A stretch of DNA of 64,000 nucleotides. Source: Felis catus (lineage: Eukaryota). Below, one piece after another: positions 63,831 to 64,000 of this stretch; position 1 is the first letter of the stretch, and every line of letters starts with the position of its first letter. The notes beneath the pieces were generated by a model, which saw only the letters and a program-made list of their open reading frames with translations, searched no databases and was not told the DNA's origin. The DNA lies in the NCBI RefSeq assembly GCF_018350175.1, contig NC_058368.1:103356001-103420000 (forward strand), in the 5' to 3' direction. The position numbers and the translations under genes are program-made.

Positions 63831-64000
63831 GGTTTTAATTGCTTCACATGAACCTCACAGAGTTAAACAGAATTACCCTTACATAAGCCTTTTTATTGTA
63901 CCACAAAATCATATTTGGCAGAGTATCTTGGTCTCCTTGGAGAACACTATTGATATGTGTGTGTGTCTAAGAAAGAAATCTCTCCTGCATTCTTTGGTTC

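Noticed and set aside
1..64000. A novel multi-gene system, CRISPR array, operon or RNA gene
   Set aside because: This is mammalian repeat-rich DNA. I saw no regularly spaced direct repeats, no long ORFs and no recognisable tRNA, snRNA or rRNA; the tRNA-like segments are SINE heads.

Overview
AT-rich mammalian genomic DNA, almost certainly felid: it carries about 20 tRNA-derived CAN-SINEs, several with the cat-type (SINEC_Fc-like) body. I recognise no protein-coding exon, RNA gene or CpG island. The supplied ORFs are short and mostly explained by SINEs, L1, LTRs or microsatellites. The window reads as intronic or intergenic and is layered with L2/MIR, old and carnivore L1s, MaLR solo LTRs, ERVL remnants, hAT/Tigger DNA elements and SINEs, many with visible target-site duplications (TSDs). 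I found no convincing novel biological system. The best leads are: (i) an ERVL pol remnant split by a 1.9-kb inverted ERVL LTR+internal segment flanked by a 15-bp near-duplication, with an unexpected CpG cluster next to it; (ii) a 5'-intact, 3'-truncated L1 ending at an AATAAA with a short flanking duplication; (iii) several nested, stacked or inverted SINE clusters; (iv) a + strand bias of MaLR LTRs and long L1s hinting at a minus-strand host gene, plus a few minus-strand candidate exons; (v) motif-rich unique segments that may be enhancers. Subfamily names come from recalled consensus sequences, not a database search, and boundaries of old repeats are approximate.
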